DNA of 63,479 bases, the filler included, from Folioceros fuciformis (taxonomy: Eukaryota), in assembly GCA_049999805.1 (NCBI GenBank). It is 20 parts of 20 records of this genome, joined end to end, with 100 filler letters (N's around TTAATTAATTAA, not from the genome) between each part and the next. Parts side by side here need not be neighbours in the genome. Positions count along the whole stretch, not along the records: positions 22,835 to 25,766 come from JBNGIO010002390.1; positions 25,867 to 27,961 come from JBNGIO010002391.1; positions 28,062 to 29,725 come from JBNGIO010002392.1; positions 29,826 to 32,272 come from JBNGIO010002393.1; positions 32,373 to 34,429 come from JBNGIO010002394.1; 15 more parts are not named here. The stretch is one strand, 5' to 3'. Each line of letters opens with the position of its first letter. Within the stretch, counting starts at the first letter, position 1. The notes beneath the pieces were generated by a model. That model saw only the letters and a list, made by a program, of their open reading frames with translations, made no database searches and was not told the origin of the DNA. Position numbers and translations under genes: made by a program. Shown one piece after another: positions 22,835 to 34,529 of this stretch.

Positions 22835-24984
22835 ACCTGATTCATCAACCTTCCTTACAGAGACCAGGTTTTTGGTCAGTCTAGGTACGTAGAGTACATC
22901 TGGAATTGCGAGATGCTGTGAGGGCTTGAGGTCTAACTGTATAGTACCCTGCCCTTCAATTTTGTGCCAAGTATCATCCCCGAGGCACACAAACTCCACA
23001 GGGGAGCTCTCTCACATGTCAACAAAATAGGAAGGATCAGGTGTCATGTGTTGGGAAGCGCCACTGTCTATGTACAAGGTGTTCTCCTGTTGGTTAGCAT
23101 AGCAAGTAACCACATTGCATTGTGAGTCCTTAGATAAATGAGTAGGACTTGTGGTATCACCTGGGGCACAGCTTGTGAGAGGCTCTGCTGTACTTGTTCA
23201 TAGTTACAGCTAGGTGTCCAGAATGGCTGCTACGTTCGCCTGCAAGGCATTTCCTACATGTTTCCCAGGTGTGATTAGTCATTCCGCAATGACCACATGG
23301 CGGCCAACCTTTGGGGTTGTTGTACTGTTGAGGTCTCGCTCCTCCTCGACCACCACGGCCACCTCGACCTCCTCTCACGAAGGGACGGCCATGGCCCCTG
23401 CCTCTGAAAGGTTTGTTTGTGTACAAGGCCATATCTTAATTTACACTTACAGTTGCAATGCGTTTGTGAGATTCTTCCGTAAGCATTGCAGCGATCACTC
23501 TGTTGACTATAAGGTTTTGAACCTCTTGCAAGCTCTGGACAACTCCAGTCCATGTTTCAGGTAGTGTGGCTAGGAGTATGACTGCTACCAAATCTTCTTC
23601 TAGGGCAAAGCCAGCAGAAATGAGCTTGCCCCTCCAATTTCGAAACTCCAGGACGTGCTTGTCTACAGAGTCCGCTTCTATCATCTTTAGGCCAACAAAC
23701 TGTTTCAACACGTAGGTTTGTAACATAAAATCCCTTGAGTCGTAAACTTCCTTCGTTTGTTGCCAATACTCAGCAGCCGTGGTGGCGCCTTGAAAGACGC
23801 CAATGTGTGTGCTTTTCACACTCAGTTGCAGCAAGGTGCGTGCAGTCTGATCAGCCTCCTCCCAGATTGCAAGGTCGGCTAGGTTTGCTGGTTTTGGAAT
23901 TATGGCTGGAGGTGTTCCCAGACCTCCTACATATCCCCACAAGCGTCGGGATTTCAGGATTTCCACCATCTTGTCTCTCCAGATGTGCTAATTTGAGCCA
24001 TCGAATTTATCCTCCTTGGCGATTGTGAGAGCCAAGTTTTGAGAGGCTGATGGTGCATACCCATCCATCTCAAGCAAATATTTAAAGAATCAGGGGTTCG
24101 TAGGTCGCCTTGCAGGACAGGGTGCCAACTTCGTCATCAGCAATACACAAGGTAACCTTCAATCTTTCTTGCTTGTTTAGATCCTTCTCAGTGTGTAAAT
24201 ATTGTACAAACTGAGAGGTGTATTCATGGATTAACACCGATGATGGCTCTTGATGCACAGGTTCTCTGCCATAAAGCTCACAGAGATAGCAATGGAATGT
24301 TGCGTACAGCTTAGTCGTGGAAATGGGAAGTTGCATAGAAAAAGAGAAGATGCGTGGGAGTATCATCTTCCTTAGAGCAGGTCGTCAACTTTGAAGCTGC
24401 TCCAGTTGTACCCGTCTAGGGCTTCACATCCTTGGACCACGTTCTGTGCCATCAACCACAACATGATGCTGATTCTAATCCACACTTGCTCCCAACGGGT
24501 TGGGGCAAGTGAGCGATTGTAGTCGCCCTCCCTGGCGTCGATCCAGTCTTGTAAGTCCTGCCTCCTTCTCGCTCTCCTTGCTAGCCTCTCACGTTTCTTG
24601 AGAATCTTGATGCTGCTAATCCTCCTTGCTTGCATTCTTGCAGGTGTAACACTGAAGGCATCTGCACACAGAGTGGCTACAACATTTTAGAAGCACCCGT
24701 CCAGGATCCAAGAATACTAGGGCTAGTCTTGATGCGAAAAAGAAACATACAGTAGATCGACGTGCCAGAGTAGCACACGGCGTGGATCAAAACTAAAGGC
24801 TCTGATACCATGATAAGCAAAATGCTAGAATCAATAGAGAAAGCATCAATCGCGCGTAGTGCGCCGTGTGTCTTGCAATTGACACTTACACGTACATGTC
24901 CCGTGAAAGAGACATGACGGTTATAACGGTTAGGGTTAGCTAACCTAGACCTGAACCTAACTAAGGGTAATTAATACCCTATCA
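22835..24984 (-). mobile_element. Ty1/copia 5' half: LTR 24811-24984, PBS, long leader, gag (ATG 24068), zinc knuckle, protease
   Basis: TGATA...TATCA LTR ends; KFDGSN*HIWRDKMVEILKSRRLWGY; CGHCGMTNHTWETC; YIDSGASQHMTP; DVLYVPRLTKNLVSV. Confidence 0.92.
24798..24810 (-). promoter_or_regulatory. Primer binding site for initiator tRNA-Met
   Basis: TGGTATCAGAGCC directly after the LTR-terminal CA on the minus strand. Confidence 0.95.
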
Positions 24985-25766
24985 CAACTTATGCAATTTT
25001 GCCATGTGAGGGTGACCCAAACATGCATGCCACAACTTAGACTTTGCTACTTGTTGTGCAAAGGCTAAAGAAATAGCTAGTGACTAGTCAGTATCAGCTA
25101 TTCCTCGATGAAGATCAAGATGATAAAGGTCATGGTCAGAGAATCCAGATGCAAGTACTTTCCTAGGGTCAAATGCATCTACGATCTTGTAGTCTGTTCT
25201 AGTGAAAAAAATGTGACTATTGTTATCAGCATTTAATCTCTTGACTGAAACAAGGTTTCTAGTCATCTCATGCACATAGTAGACATCATTTAGCACTAAT
25301 GTGATGGTAGATGGGACTGAAAACTCAATTGTGCCTCGACCTCGTGCAACTAGAGATCAATCGTCTCCAAGGTAAAAGTACTGATCTGGAACTGACCTAT
25401 ATGTTTTGAAAGCATGCCTATCAAAACAAATGTGAGCAGTTGCACCTGTATCTCAATACCACTCTGATGTGGGTTTAACATTGGCTTTGGTAGAAAGACA
25501 AGTGGGAAGCAACAGTGGACTTGAAAACATTCTTGTCCCAACTATCAAAGTTGCTGGTGTGTTTTATTTCTTCACCACCACATGTGTCGCAGCACTGGAT
25601 CCTTCCTTGCAAGGGACTCCAACCTGCTTTTTGCGACATTCATGCTCCCAATGACCAGGTAACTTACACCAATTGCATGTACCTGTCTTTTTTATAGTTG
25701 AGGTTGCTCCTTGCGAATTGCCTGTTTTTGAAAAATTCCCACCACTTCCTTTTGGAGGAAATCTTC
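24985..25766 (-). mobile_element. Older Ty1/copia gag-protease-GAG-pre-integrase fragment, interrupted by the 22835-24984 element
   Basis: WY*DTGATAHIC, DVYYVHEMTRNLVSV, LWHACLGHP. Confidence 0.85.
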
Positions 25767-26254
25767 NNNNNNNNNNNNNNNNNNNNNNNNNNNNNNNNNN
25801 NNNNNNNNNNTTAATTAATTAANNNNNNNNNNNNNNNNNNNNNNNNNNNNNNNNNNNNNNNNNNNNACTATTTTAAGCATAATATATATATATCATTATA
25901 TATATATAATTAAAAATAACATTTATAGAATTAGACTATAGTGGTTGAGAATGTCTATTTTCATAAAACAAGTAACATATAACATTTGTAAAAAAATAAC
26001 ATTTAACCTTACTCCCCAACTAGGGAGTACCCAAACCTCTAACATTTATAGAAGTATAATATTTAGGAATGTCACATTTACATTGGGTGGACTCCTCTAA
26101 CATTTATAGAGGAATAATATTTAGGGATTTTACATTTACACTGGATGGACTATATCTCAACTCGAAGTGCATAAGACCTATCATACGTGAAGTAAAATTT
26201 TAAGAACAAGGGTAGAATTCTACCTTTACAAAGCATTAAGAAAAATTGTCTACT

Positions 26255-26421
26255 ATGAGTCATTGCACTCTACAGAACCTCTACAAAACATAGGAAATCT
26301 GTCAACGATGAGTCATTGCACTCCAGCCTTTATAAAACATAAGAAAAATTGTCTACAATGAGTCATTGCACTCTAGCCTTTTCACTCCCACCTTTGCAAC
26401 TAGAACGAGTCATTACACTCC
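26255..26421 (+). repeat. Degenerate ~50-bp tandem repeat with GAGTCATTGCACTC core, 4 copies
   Basis: Core at ~26257, 26310, 26360 and 26407. Confidence 0.8.
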
Positions 26422-28648
26422 AATAGTATGGCTTTGTGAACTTTAAACAAGAAAAATTCTAGTAGAGTTCACTAAGATAGAAGAATTGTATTAGAAGATA
26501 GATTTCATTGCACTTGGAGCAAGACATCATTCAGGATGCTAAGGATGCTAGCTACTTCAACCTTTGTCTCGCCTTGGATTCTACGTGCATTGAAGAAGAA
26601 AAAAACCATAGTAGAGCAGCTTGGCATGGGGAGCTGTTGAGTTTTACCTTGTACAAATTTGGCTCACTTCTCCATCAGCCCTAGAGGAGCCAGCTAGTTG
26701 TTGGGGGAGGAATCTCGGGGTCGCTGCAGCTGCTGATGGAAGATAATACGTCATAGTGGAAAAGTGCTGATCATCCACTCCACGCCACCGGAACACTCAA
26801 CATTGTCTTCAAGTGCCTCATCCCCACAACGAAGGAAATCCAAATTGCACTACGAGTACCGTTGAAAGTCGTACTTCTTCAGATCCACTGAGATAGGCAT
26901 CAAGACCGGAAGAAAAGTTGCAGTTGCGCGGGATCCGCTTGTTCGCCAGGTCAAGTTCAAATCCGGCAGGAATAGATATATTCTTAGCGGAGGATTACCG
27001 CACATTGGGGGTTTGTTCTAGAAACACACATCTCGGCTCCGTAGGCGTAGCGAGGGAGTACGAGAGGCAGGAAAGGCGTAGAAGAAGCGGGAAAAGAGCA
27101 GGGAGAGTGAAGTTCCAGGGGAGAAAGATTTTAGGAGATAAACCGCCGGAAGGCATGGCCAGAGGTGAAGAGAAGGGAGGAGAAGGGAAGTAAGAGTGGA
27201 AGTCCACAAAGGAGGTCTATCCTACATCCACAGTCAGGAGGAGTCCAAAGTGCAAGATAAGCGAGTGCGACTGGGATGTGTATCTAGCCCTCCGTAGCTT
27301 GGGGCGAAAGTTTCGCCAGCACAAATATCTGGCGCACGATGCACAGAGTGCGGGGCGAAACAGGGCTTGCAAGTGGGCTCTGCTACACTGAGTGCGCTAC
27401 CTTCCCCGCTCTGGTCCGCGCGGCTGGGCTCAGTTTCCGGTCCCGTCCTCCGACCACCCATGGGAAAAGGGGATGGACCTGGCTTGAGCTGGGCCTCCTG
27501 CTCCTACTGCTGCTGCTGCAGGAGCTGCTGCTTGCCTGCCCGTCCTCCTGTCCGCTCTTACGCTCTCTCTTGCTCCCGCCTCTCAATCTGTTCTTCCATT
27601 ATAATATCCTACAGCCGTCTCTGACGCTACGTTTTACCGCATCTTTTGAGGATCGCTCCTCTCTTCCGCTCCCCTTTAGCGGAGGTCAGGAGAGAGGTTG
27701 GATTTTGGCAGATCGTAGACGGGGGCGGCGGGCCGTGGTATGGTGCCTGGGCTCCGCACGGAGAGCAATCGAGCCGCCTGCTTGGTTGCATCAGGATCTA
27801 GAGCTGCGTGAGGATTCCATTCTCCCTCGAGGCGCTCGGCCTCGCAGCTGCGGTTGTTGTGGCTAAGCACGGCGTCAGGGAGGAAGGGTGGGAGGAAGCT
27901 GCGGCATGTATTGTAGTGGGTAGGTGGGGATAAAAGATGCAGGAGGAGGAAACATAAAAAGNNNNNNNNNNNNNNNNNNNNNNNNNNNNNNNNNNNNNNN
28001 NNNNNTTAATTAATTAANNNNNNNNNNNNNNNNNNNNNNNNNNNNNNNNNNNNNNNNNNNNCGGGTGTGCAACATTAAGACTTTGAATTAGTCTAATACG
28101 ATATCTTGATTTGTTACAAGTTCATGCAACAACAATCCAAAAAGAGGCTTGATTGCAAGGGTCATTGAAGCCACCACCATGTAGAGTCGAAGAAGAGATG
28201 AAGAGGAACTTTAGATTACTAGGCCGGAACAATATCCTACACTTGTTCATGTAATAACACTTTGTGTGCATATTTCGAAACGATTCGTGCTTTGCCCTTG
28301 CTTTCTGCCATGTGCGTAGACTTGGTTCCCCGTCTCCAACGTCGAGCAACCCATAGTTGTACATGCTGGTAGGAGGCACACAAATGTCATGTTGTCTAAG
28401 CAGATGTGGTGATGGGCCACATTGTTGCATTGAGCTGCAGCAGCATATGGTGATGCCCCACATTGCCACTATATATGGAGGCATCTGTTTTCCTCACACC
28501 AACAGAAATATAGAGTCATTGCACAGGGATATTCCATATGCACAAGTCATTCAATGGGAGAATCAAGAACCAGTGGTAAACATGAAATGAACTCCATCAC
28601 AAATGTCCCCTCTTACACCAAGAATATGGACAATTGAGGACGAATAGA

Positions 28649-28919
28649 AGATTGGGAATGAAAGAAATGCAGCTCTCGTTATCGATGTTGGAAGGCTACA
28701 ATCACACCCTATCCAAGGATTGGAAATGAAAGAATGCAGCTCTCGCCATCGATGTTGGAAGGCATCACACCGTATCCAAGGATAGGGAATGAAAGAAATG
28801 CAGCTCTCGCTATCGATGTTGAAAGGCTACCATCACACCCTATCCAAGGATTGGAAATGAAAGAAATGCAGCTCTCATCATCGATGTTGTAAGGCTACGA
28901 TCACACCCTATCCAAGGAT
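28649..28919 (+). repeat. 62-68-bp minisatellite, 4 copies
   Basis: Unit GATTGG(G)AATGAAAGAAATGCAGCTCTC..ATCGATGTTGGAAGGCTAC.ATCACACCCTATCCAAG. Confidence 0.93.
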
Positions 28920-29825
28920 ATGGATGTCGTAGGAGGGGAAAGTTGATTCGTGTGCCAAGCCGATATTAATGCCAGAGGATGCGCGCAAGCTATGGAACGA
29001 AACACAAAAGGCCCGCGTAACAAATAGAATGAAATGTTGGTTAGTAGCATCCCGAGAACAATGAACAGGTTGAGGAAGGTTCCCCGCAGCCTGGGATTGT
29101 TCCCACGGTCCCGCCCGATGGAGAAATGTTTGCCCATGGACCCCGTGTTGTTGGGAACTTTGCCGTCCCTTGCATATTTATAAAGTGTTCACGTTCTCAA
29201 TTATTTGTTCAATTCACTATTATTGTTACTAAATCCTTGGCAACTGTGTGTCTAGTGTAGGGAAGGACATGAGGCGATCGGACAGGGGCCACGCCGGCAA
29301 CGACCAAGTAACGGCCGGATCCGGCTGCCGGCCTCATCACCCATGGTGAACGGGGAAGGACCGGTATGCTATGCTCCGGGCCCGCAGCCTGTTCCCTGGT
29401 GTTTGCTGAAATTGGCAGAGGGGACGACATGCATGAGCTGATTTGGCAGGACCCAATTGCAGATACCTGGCTCCGAGGAGGAGTGATCCGTTAGCTTGCA
29501 GGTATCCACTGTTGTGGTAGGCTGCTCAGGCATCCAGACGCCCAGGGATGCTGAATCCATCATGGCAGGCGGACCCGGGATCTCCAGCCAATATAACATG
29601 CTTGCAAACCCACAATATCTCGGAACCCAGGTCCGGACTCAATTGAGCCAGCAGCAGCTGCGCAGCGTAGGCGTGCTCCATCTTATTCAGTTCTGCAGAT
29701 TTTCTTGATCGACGGACAGCGGGATNNNNNNNNNNNNNNNNNNNNNNNNNNNNNNNNNNNNNNNNNNNNTTAATTAATTAANNNNNNNNNNNNNNNNNNN
29801 NNNNNNNNNNNNNNNNNNNNNNNNN

Positions 29826-30691
29826 GCAGCAAGCAGACATGAGAGGAAAAGGAAGGCAGCATGGGAACTATGCCTCCTCTAGTAATGCTGGAAATGACCA
29901 GGATAGGTTGTTTGCCATGCAACATCTCTCTGAACAGGATGGGCAAAATGATGAGAAATGGTACATTGATTTAGGAGCATCAAACCACATGACTCCGCAT
30001 GGCGAGTGGTTTAACAAGATGGATGCAGGTCCCCATGGTCATGTGTGTACATGAGATGACACACAACATGACATAAAGCACAGAGGAATTGTTCCTCTTA
30101 GGATGCCGAATGGTCAGCAGAAGAGTCTGCAAGATGTGTTGCATGTTCCAACCATTACAAAGAAACTGTTGTCTGTTGAACAGATGGCTGAACAAAATCT
30201 GTAGCTTCGATTCAATAAAGATGGATGCTTTATTAAAGAATATGATAGAGGGCACAAACTGATTGCTAAAGGTAGTAGGAATGGACGGATGTTCACTCTG
30301 GATGCATCCATTCCAGAGCTAAATGCAGCAATGTTTACAAATGATGCAGGTGCCATACGCGATGTTGAAATATGGCATAAGAGGATTGGGCATGTGAACA
30401 TAGAGAAGCTGAAATCTATGCAACAAAAAAGTGTGGTGGAAGGATTGCCCAAGTTCAAGTATGCTGATCTTGGTCATATGTGTTTTGCATGTCAATTTGG
30501 AAAACAGTCAAGGTTTCCATTTGTGGGACACGTGCAGAACAGCTCGAGACCTTTGCAATTGATACACTCTGCTGTATGGGGTCCTTCACAGAATGCATCA
30601 TTTGGAGGAGCCCACTATTGTGTCTCCTTCATTGATGATTTCAGCAGGTACACGTGGCTGTACATACTGAAGCATAAGGATGAAGTGTTCG
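29826..30691 (+). mobile_element. Ty1/copia protease, GAG-pre-integrase and integrase N-terminal fragment
   Basis: WYIDLGASNHMT, WHKRIGHVN, CFACQFGKQ, LIHSAVWGPS, FIDDFSRYTWLY. Confidence 0.93.
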
Positions 30692-30726
30692 AGACCCGTA
30701 GGGGCATCTACTACCCGCCAGCGGTA

Positions 30727-31781
30727 GTAGTAGATGCCCCTACGGGTCTTCAGTTGTAGGCTGTAGCCCCGCGTCCCTCTTGTGCCCATACGTACATACA
30801 AAAAAAGCTTCAGAACTCGAGCTCCCTCCACATAGAGTCCTAGCAAATAAGAGGCCCCCTCCTCATACTGTAGCATAACCTGACCCTCTGTCATAAGGGA
30901 GGTGCTTACCCCTTCCTCCCTTGAGCTACCTCGGGTTGCCTGACCCCTGCTATCCTAGGGTACCAGAGAGTCCTCCATCCCTCCAGCTGCTATTGCTTCC
31001 CCCAGCTTAGTCTGCCTAGTGTGAGTCGCCCTCCTGGAACGCCTGGGCACAAGCGCCTCTGCCCTTACTGCTTCGGCTACGGGGTCATGGCTTCAGCTAC
31101 CGGCGTCGTTCCTCCCCCACCGGTAGCCCCTTCAACTACCTCGAGCGTCGCGAGACTACCGGTAGCCCCTCTGGCTACCGGTTCTGGAACTCGACTACCA
31201 GTAGCCCCGTCGGCTACCGGTTCTGGAGTTGGACCACCGGTAGCCCTTTCGGCTACCGGGGTCATCGTTCGACCACTGCGCCCAGCCTTGCCCTTCCCTT
31301 TTACTCTCTCTCTGGCCTCGTCCCGCTCCTGTTTGTACCTATCCGCCAGCATCTGGGCTTGTTCCATTGCAGCCATCTCCTGCTCCTGAGCCTTAGCCAT
31401 CTGTTGTTGTATTTCCAAATTAGTCTCATGGGCTACCCTCACTTGAGCTAGGAGCGACTTCTGTTGCTCCATCAGCGCCTTGGCCTAGCGCGCCTCTTCT
31501 TCTGCTTGTGCCTTGCCCTCGCTCAGGACCCGCTGCTCTTCTTTCAGGAGCCGTCGTGCCGTTTCAGACTCCGCCAGCTGTCTCCAGGCTTTGGACTCCT
31601 TTCCTCTTGCCTCTGCCTCCCTACTTCGGGCCTCGGCCTCCTTCTCCGCCTGCCTGCTCAGCCAGGTCAATGCCCTAGCCACCTGGTCCAACATGTCCGC
31701 TTGTGCCTACACCATGGCTGAGGTTAGTCTTGGCAGATCCACCTCCTGCGACCCCACAGGAGTCATTCCCCTCTTGGTTAT
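30727..31781 (-). mobile_element. Family C repeat, copy 2 (coiled-coil region and conserved C-terminal domain)
   Basis: LDQVARALTWLSRQAE and MTEGQVMLQYEEGASY...GTRGYSLQLKTR match copies 1 and 3. Confidence 0.85.
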
Positions 31782-32272
31782 TGTGAACCTCCAAAGTTTG
31801 GGGTAGTAGTTTGTTTTGGTTGAAAAAGGGTTAATAGTGGTATGGTTTGGTTTTCTTTTTCAACTTATTTTCCCTAATTTTCCTTGATTTTCTGATCATT
31901 TTTCCTATTTTTCTTTGTGCTAATTAGGTTAATTGACCAGGAAATAATTAGCTTGGTTATAAGAGTGGGTATAGGTTTGGTCCCATACCTGGGAAGGTTT
32001 AGGTTCGGTACCAGGCCATAGGGTTGGGTGATTAGTTTAATATTAATTAAAGATATATAATTATTAAATGATAATATAAAATATATTATTAAATTATTAA
32101 ATAATAATATAATAGTATTAAATAATAAAAATAATATAATAATGGTTTGAGCATAGGAACGGGTATCTAGGTATGTCAGGGTCTGACGATAGGCTGGCTG
32201 ATTGCTTGGCTGGCATAAACGGCCATGGAGGCCATGCCCTAGCTAGAGCTAGAGGCAGGGGTTGCAGCCGCC
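31782..32272 (+). mobile_element. Family A LTR 5' end
   Basis: Starts TGTGAACCTCCAAAGTTTGGGG; ~245 bp nearly identical to the sequence starting at 56671. Confidence 0.8.
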
Positions 32273-32372
32273 NNNNNNNNNNNNNNNNNNNNNNNNNNNN
32301 NNNNNNNNNNNNNNNNTTAATTAATTAANNNNNNNNNNNNNNNNNNNNNNNNNNNNNNNNNNNNNNNNNNNN

Positions 32373-32779
32373 GAGTGAGTTTGTGGGCACCGAGAGAGGT
32401 GCAGCTGACCGCCGGACAGCGAGGCCTGTCCTACGCCTGATCGGAGCTGGAGGGGAGCCCTCGAATCCATCATCGAGTTCATCAAGTCCGACCCTCCATC
32501 CACAGCAGCAAGGAACCCCATCGCTCCTTCGTGGGAACGAAACCCAATGTCTCAACGACAGTGGGATAAGTGTGGCCACTAAAGGTGGAACCCGTCGGCA
32601 ATCAGTGCCCGGGGTTTTGCCTCCACAACTTGGTATATGCTGATAGATAGGGTGAGATTAGGGAGATGTAGGTAACCTTGACATTAGTTCACTCCCTTGG
32701 GAGCGAATCGTAAGACTGCAACGATAATAAGGGGAAGTGTGGCCCCTTGGTGGTTCTTGGGTGCAAGTTTCACTCCACA
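32373..32779 (+). mobile_element. Family A LTR 3' end (to 32627) followed by family B LTR 3' end (32628-32779)
   Basis: ...GGGGTTTTGCCTCCACA then ...GGTGCAAGTTTCACTCCACA; the B end interrupts a copia protease at DSGA. Confidence 0.85.
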
Positions 32780-33540
32780 ATGCTCCAGAGTCAATTATCC
32801 AATTAGAGAATAAGTGACTCTCCACGACTGTCAATTGTGCAGAATCGAAGGAAGAAGAGGTAAGAACATCTCCATCATCAACAGAGTTCACCTCGTCACG
32901 CTTGACACTCGGACTTGCCTTGTTGTCGCTTTGCTTCTTCTCCTTTCCTTTGGCCTTCTTGAACTTCTCGTAGTCCCTTTTGATGTGAACCTTCTTGTGA
33001 CACTGGTAACACTCAACATTGTTACGACTACGAGACTTACCACGGGAAAGACTTCGCTCCTTGTACTTCCCCTTTGAAGTGGACCTTCCTCTCACCATGA
33101 GGGCATTGGAATCTTTTGAAGGTTCCATGTTCTTCCTGTTCACCTCCTCTATTAACAAGCTACCTTCTACATTACAACGGTAAGACCACTGGCAGGAGCG
33201 GAATTACTCAGAGCTGTACGAAAGGTGTCCCAGGTCTCTGGTAATGTGACCAACAGAAACATAGCTCTCACAGAATCTGGGAACAAGATACCTTAAGATG
33301 AGAGCTGGTTGAAAATGGTATTGAACTTATTCAGATGATCGGACATCCTCGTCCCTTCCTTCATCTTCAAGTCCACTAGCTATTTCAACCAGTACACCTG
33401 AGAAGCCGCACTTTGCTTCTCATACAGGTCACACAACTTCTGCCATAGCTCGTAACTTGTGTTCTTGTCTTTCACGTTGAAGTAGACCGACTTCGACAAT
33501 GTTAGCATGATGGTAGACCTAGCAAGCTCATCTATAGCGA
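32780..33540 (-). mobile_element. Ty1/copia gag-protease fragment
   Basis: ALMVRGRS, CYQCHKKVHIKRDY, SNWIIDSGA. Confidence 0.88.
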
Positions 33541-34529
33541 GATAGGTTGCCCTTAACTAGCCTGTATCCCGGCGTCATGCATAGTTTAGGTCGTTAAGCG
33601 AATAGTTACACATATATATTTATTATATAAGTGCACGAACAGGTGCACAGTTGTAACGTTAACAGTCAACCGCCGTACCGGTTCACATGACACGGCCTCT
33701 TATGGCCTTACACCCACATTCACAAGTGGCTATTCTGATTTTCTAAGCTTTCTCTCTACGCCGTGTGCTACCGATCCTACGCTAATCTAGATCCTGCTAC
33801 TCATCCTCAGTCATGCTAACAGGTTTCACTCCCAGCAACTTTATCGGCTTGATCTGCTTCTTGTGCATTAGAACATTGTAGACTTGTTCTTTCTAGAACA
33901 AGAAATTAGTACCATCTAACTTCTCGATATTGAACATGACGTTTTTTGAGGACGCCATGTTTCAAAATCGATACAAATCAAGCAAAAAGGCTAGTTAGAG
34001 AACGATCAAAATGGAATGTAGATTTTGTTACCCTCAATTTCGTTCCGAATCGGCTGTCCACAAGTCGACTCGACGAACCTAAATTTTCTGATCGAAATCT
34101 GGTCGCCTCGCGGTTGGGATCTCGGCTGGCACACGCCCACGTCACTTGCACCTTAGTGCCCACGCCTCGACGACAGTTCTTGCGTCGACTGCATCTCGAC
34201 GGCCGTACGTACACCCTCATCGCCCGCACGTTGGCGTCCACGCTATGCGCTCCGGCACCCGGTGTCCCACATTTGCGGCGCCCGTCGCCCGTCGGCGCCC
34301 CGCGTCCCCGTCGGGCTGATGCCCACGTCAGGCGGGTGCCCGTGGCCGGAACGGCGCCCCGACCTAGCGCTCGCTACGCTTGGCGGCGGCCCTGACCACA
34401 GCCTAGCGCCCCTGGCCAGGGCCGGGGCCNNNNNNNNNNNNNNNNNNNNNNNNNNNNNNNNNNNNNNNNNNNNTTAATTAATTAANNNNNNNNNNNNNNN
34501 NNNNNNNNNNNNNNNNNNNNNNNNNNNNN

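Noticed and set aside
28062-28600. Helitron Rep N-terminal zinc-finger remnant
   Set aside because: Only vague Cys spacing across frameshifts; too weak to call.
31782-32627. Single solo LTR spanning the gap
   Set aside because: Flanks GTTAT and ACTTG differ and belong to different host elements.
32628-32643. tRNA-Met PBS after the family A LTR
   Set aside because: Only TGGTAT matches, and the downstream sequence is a family B LTR end.
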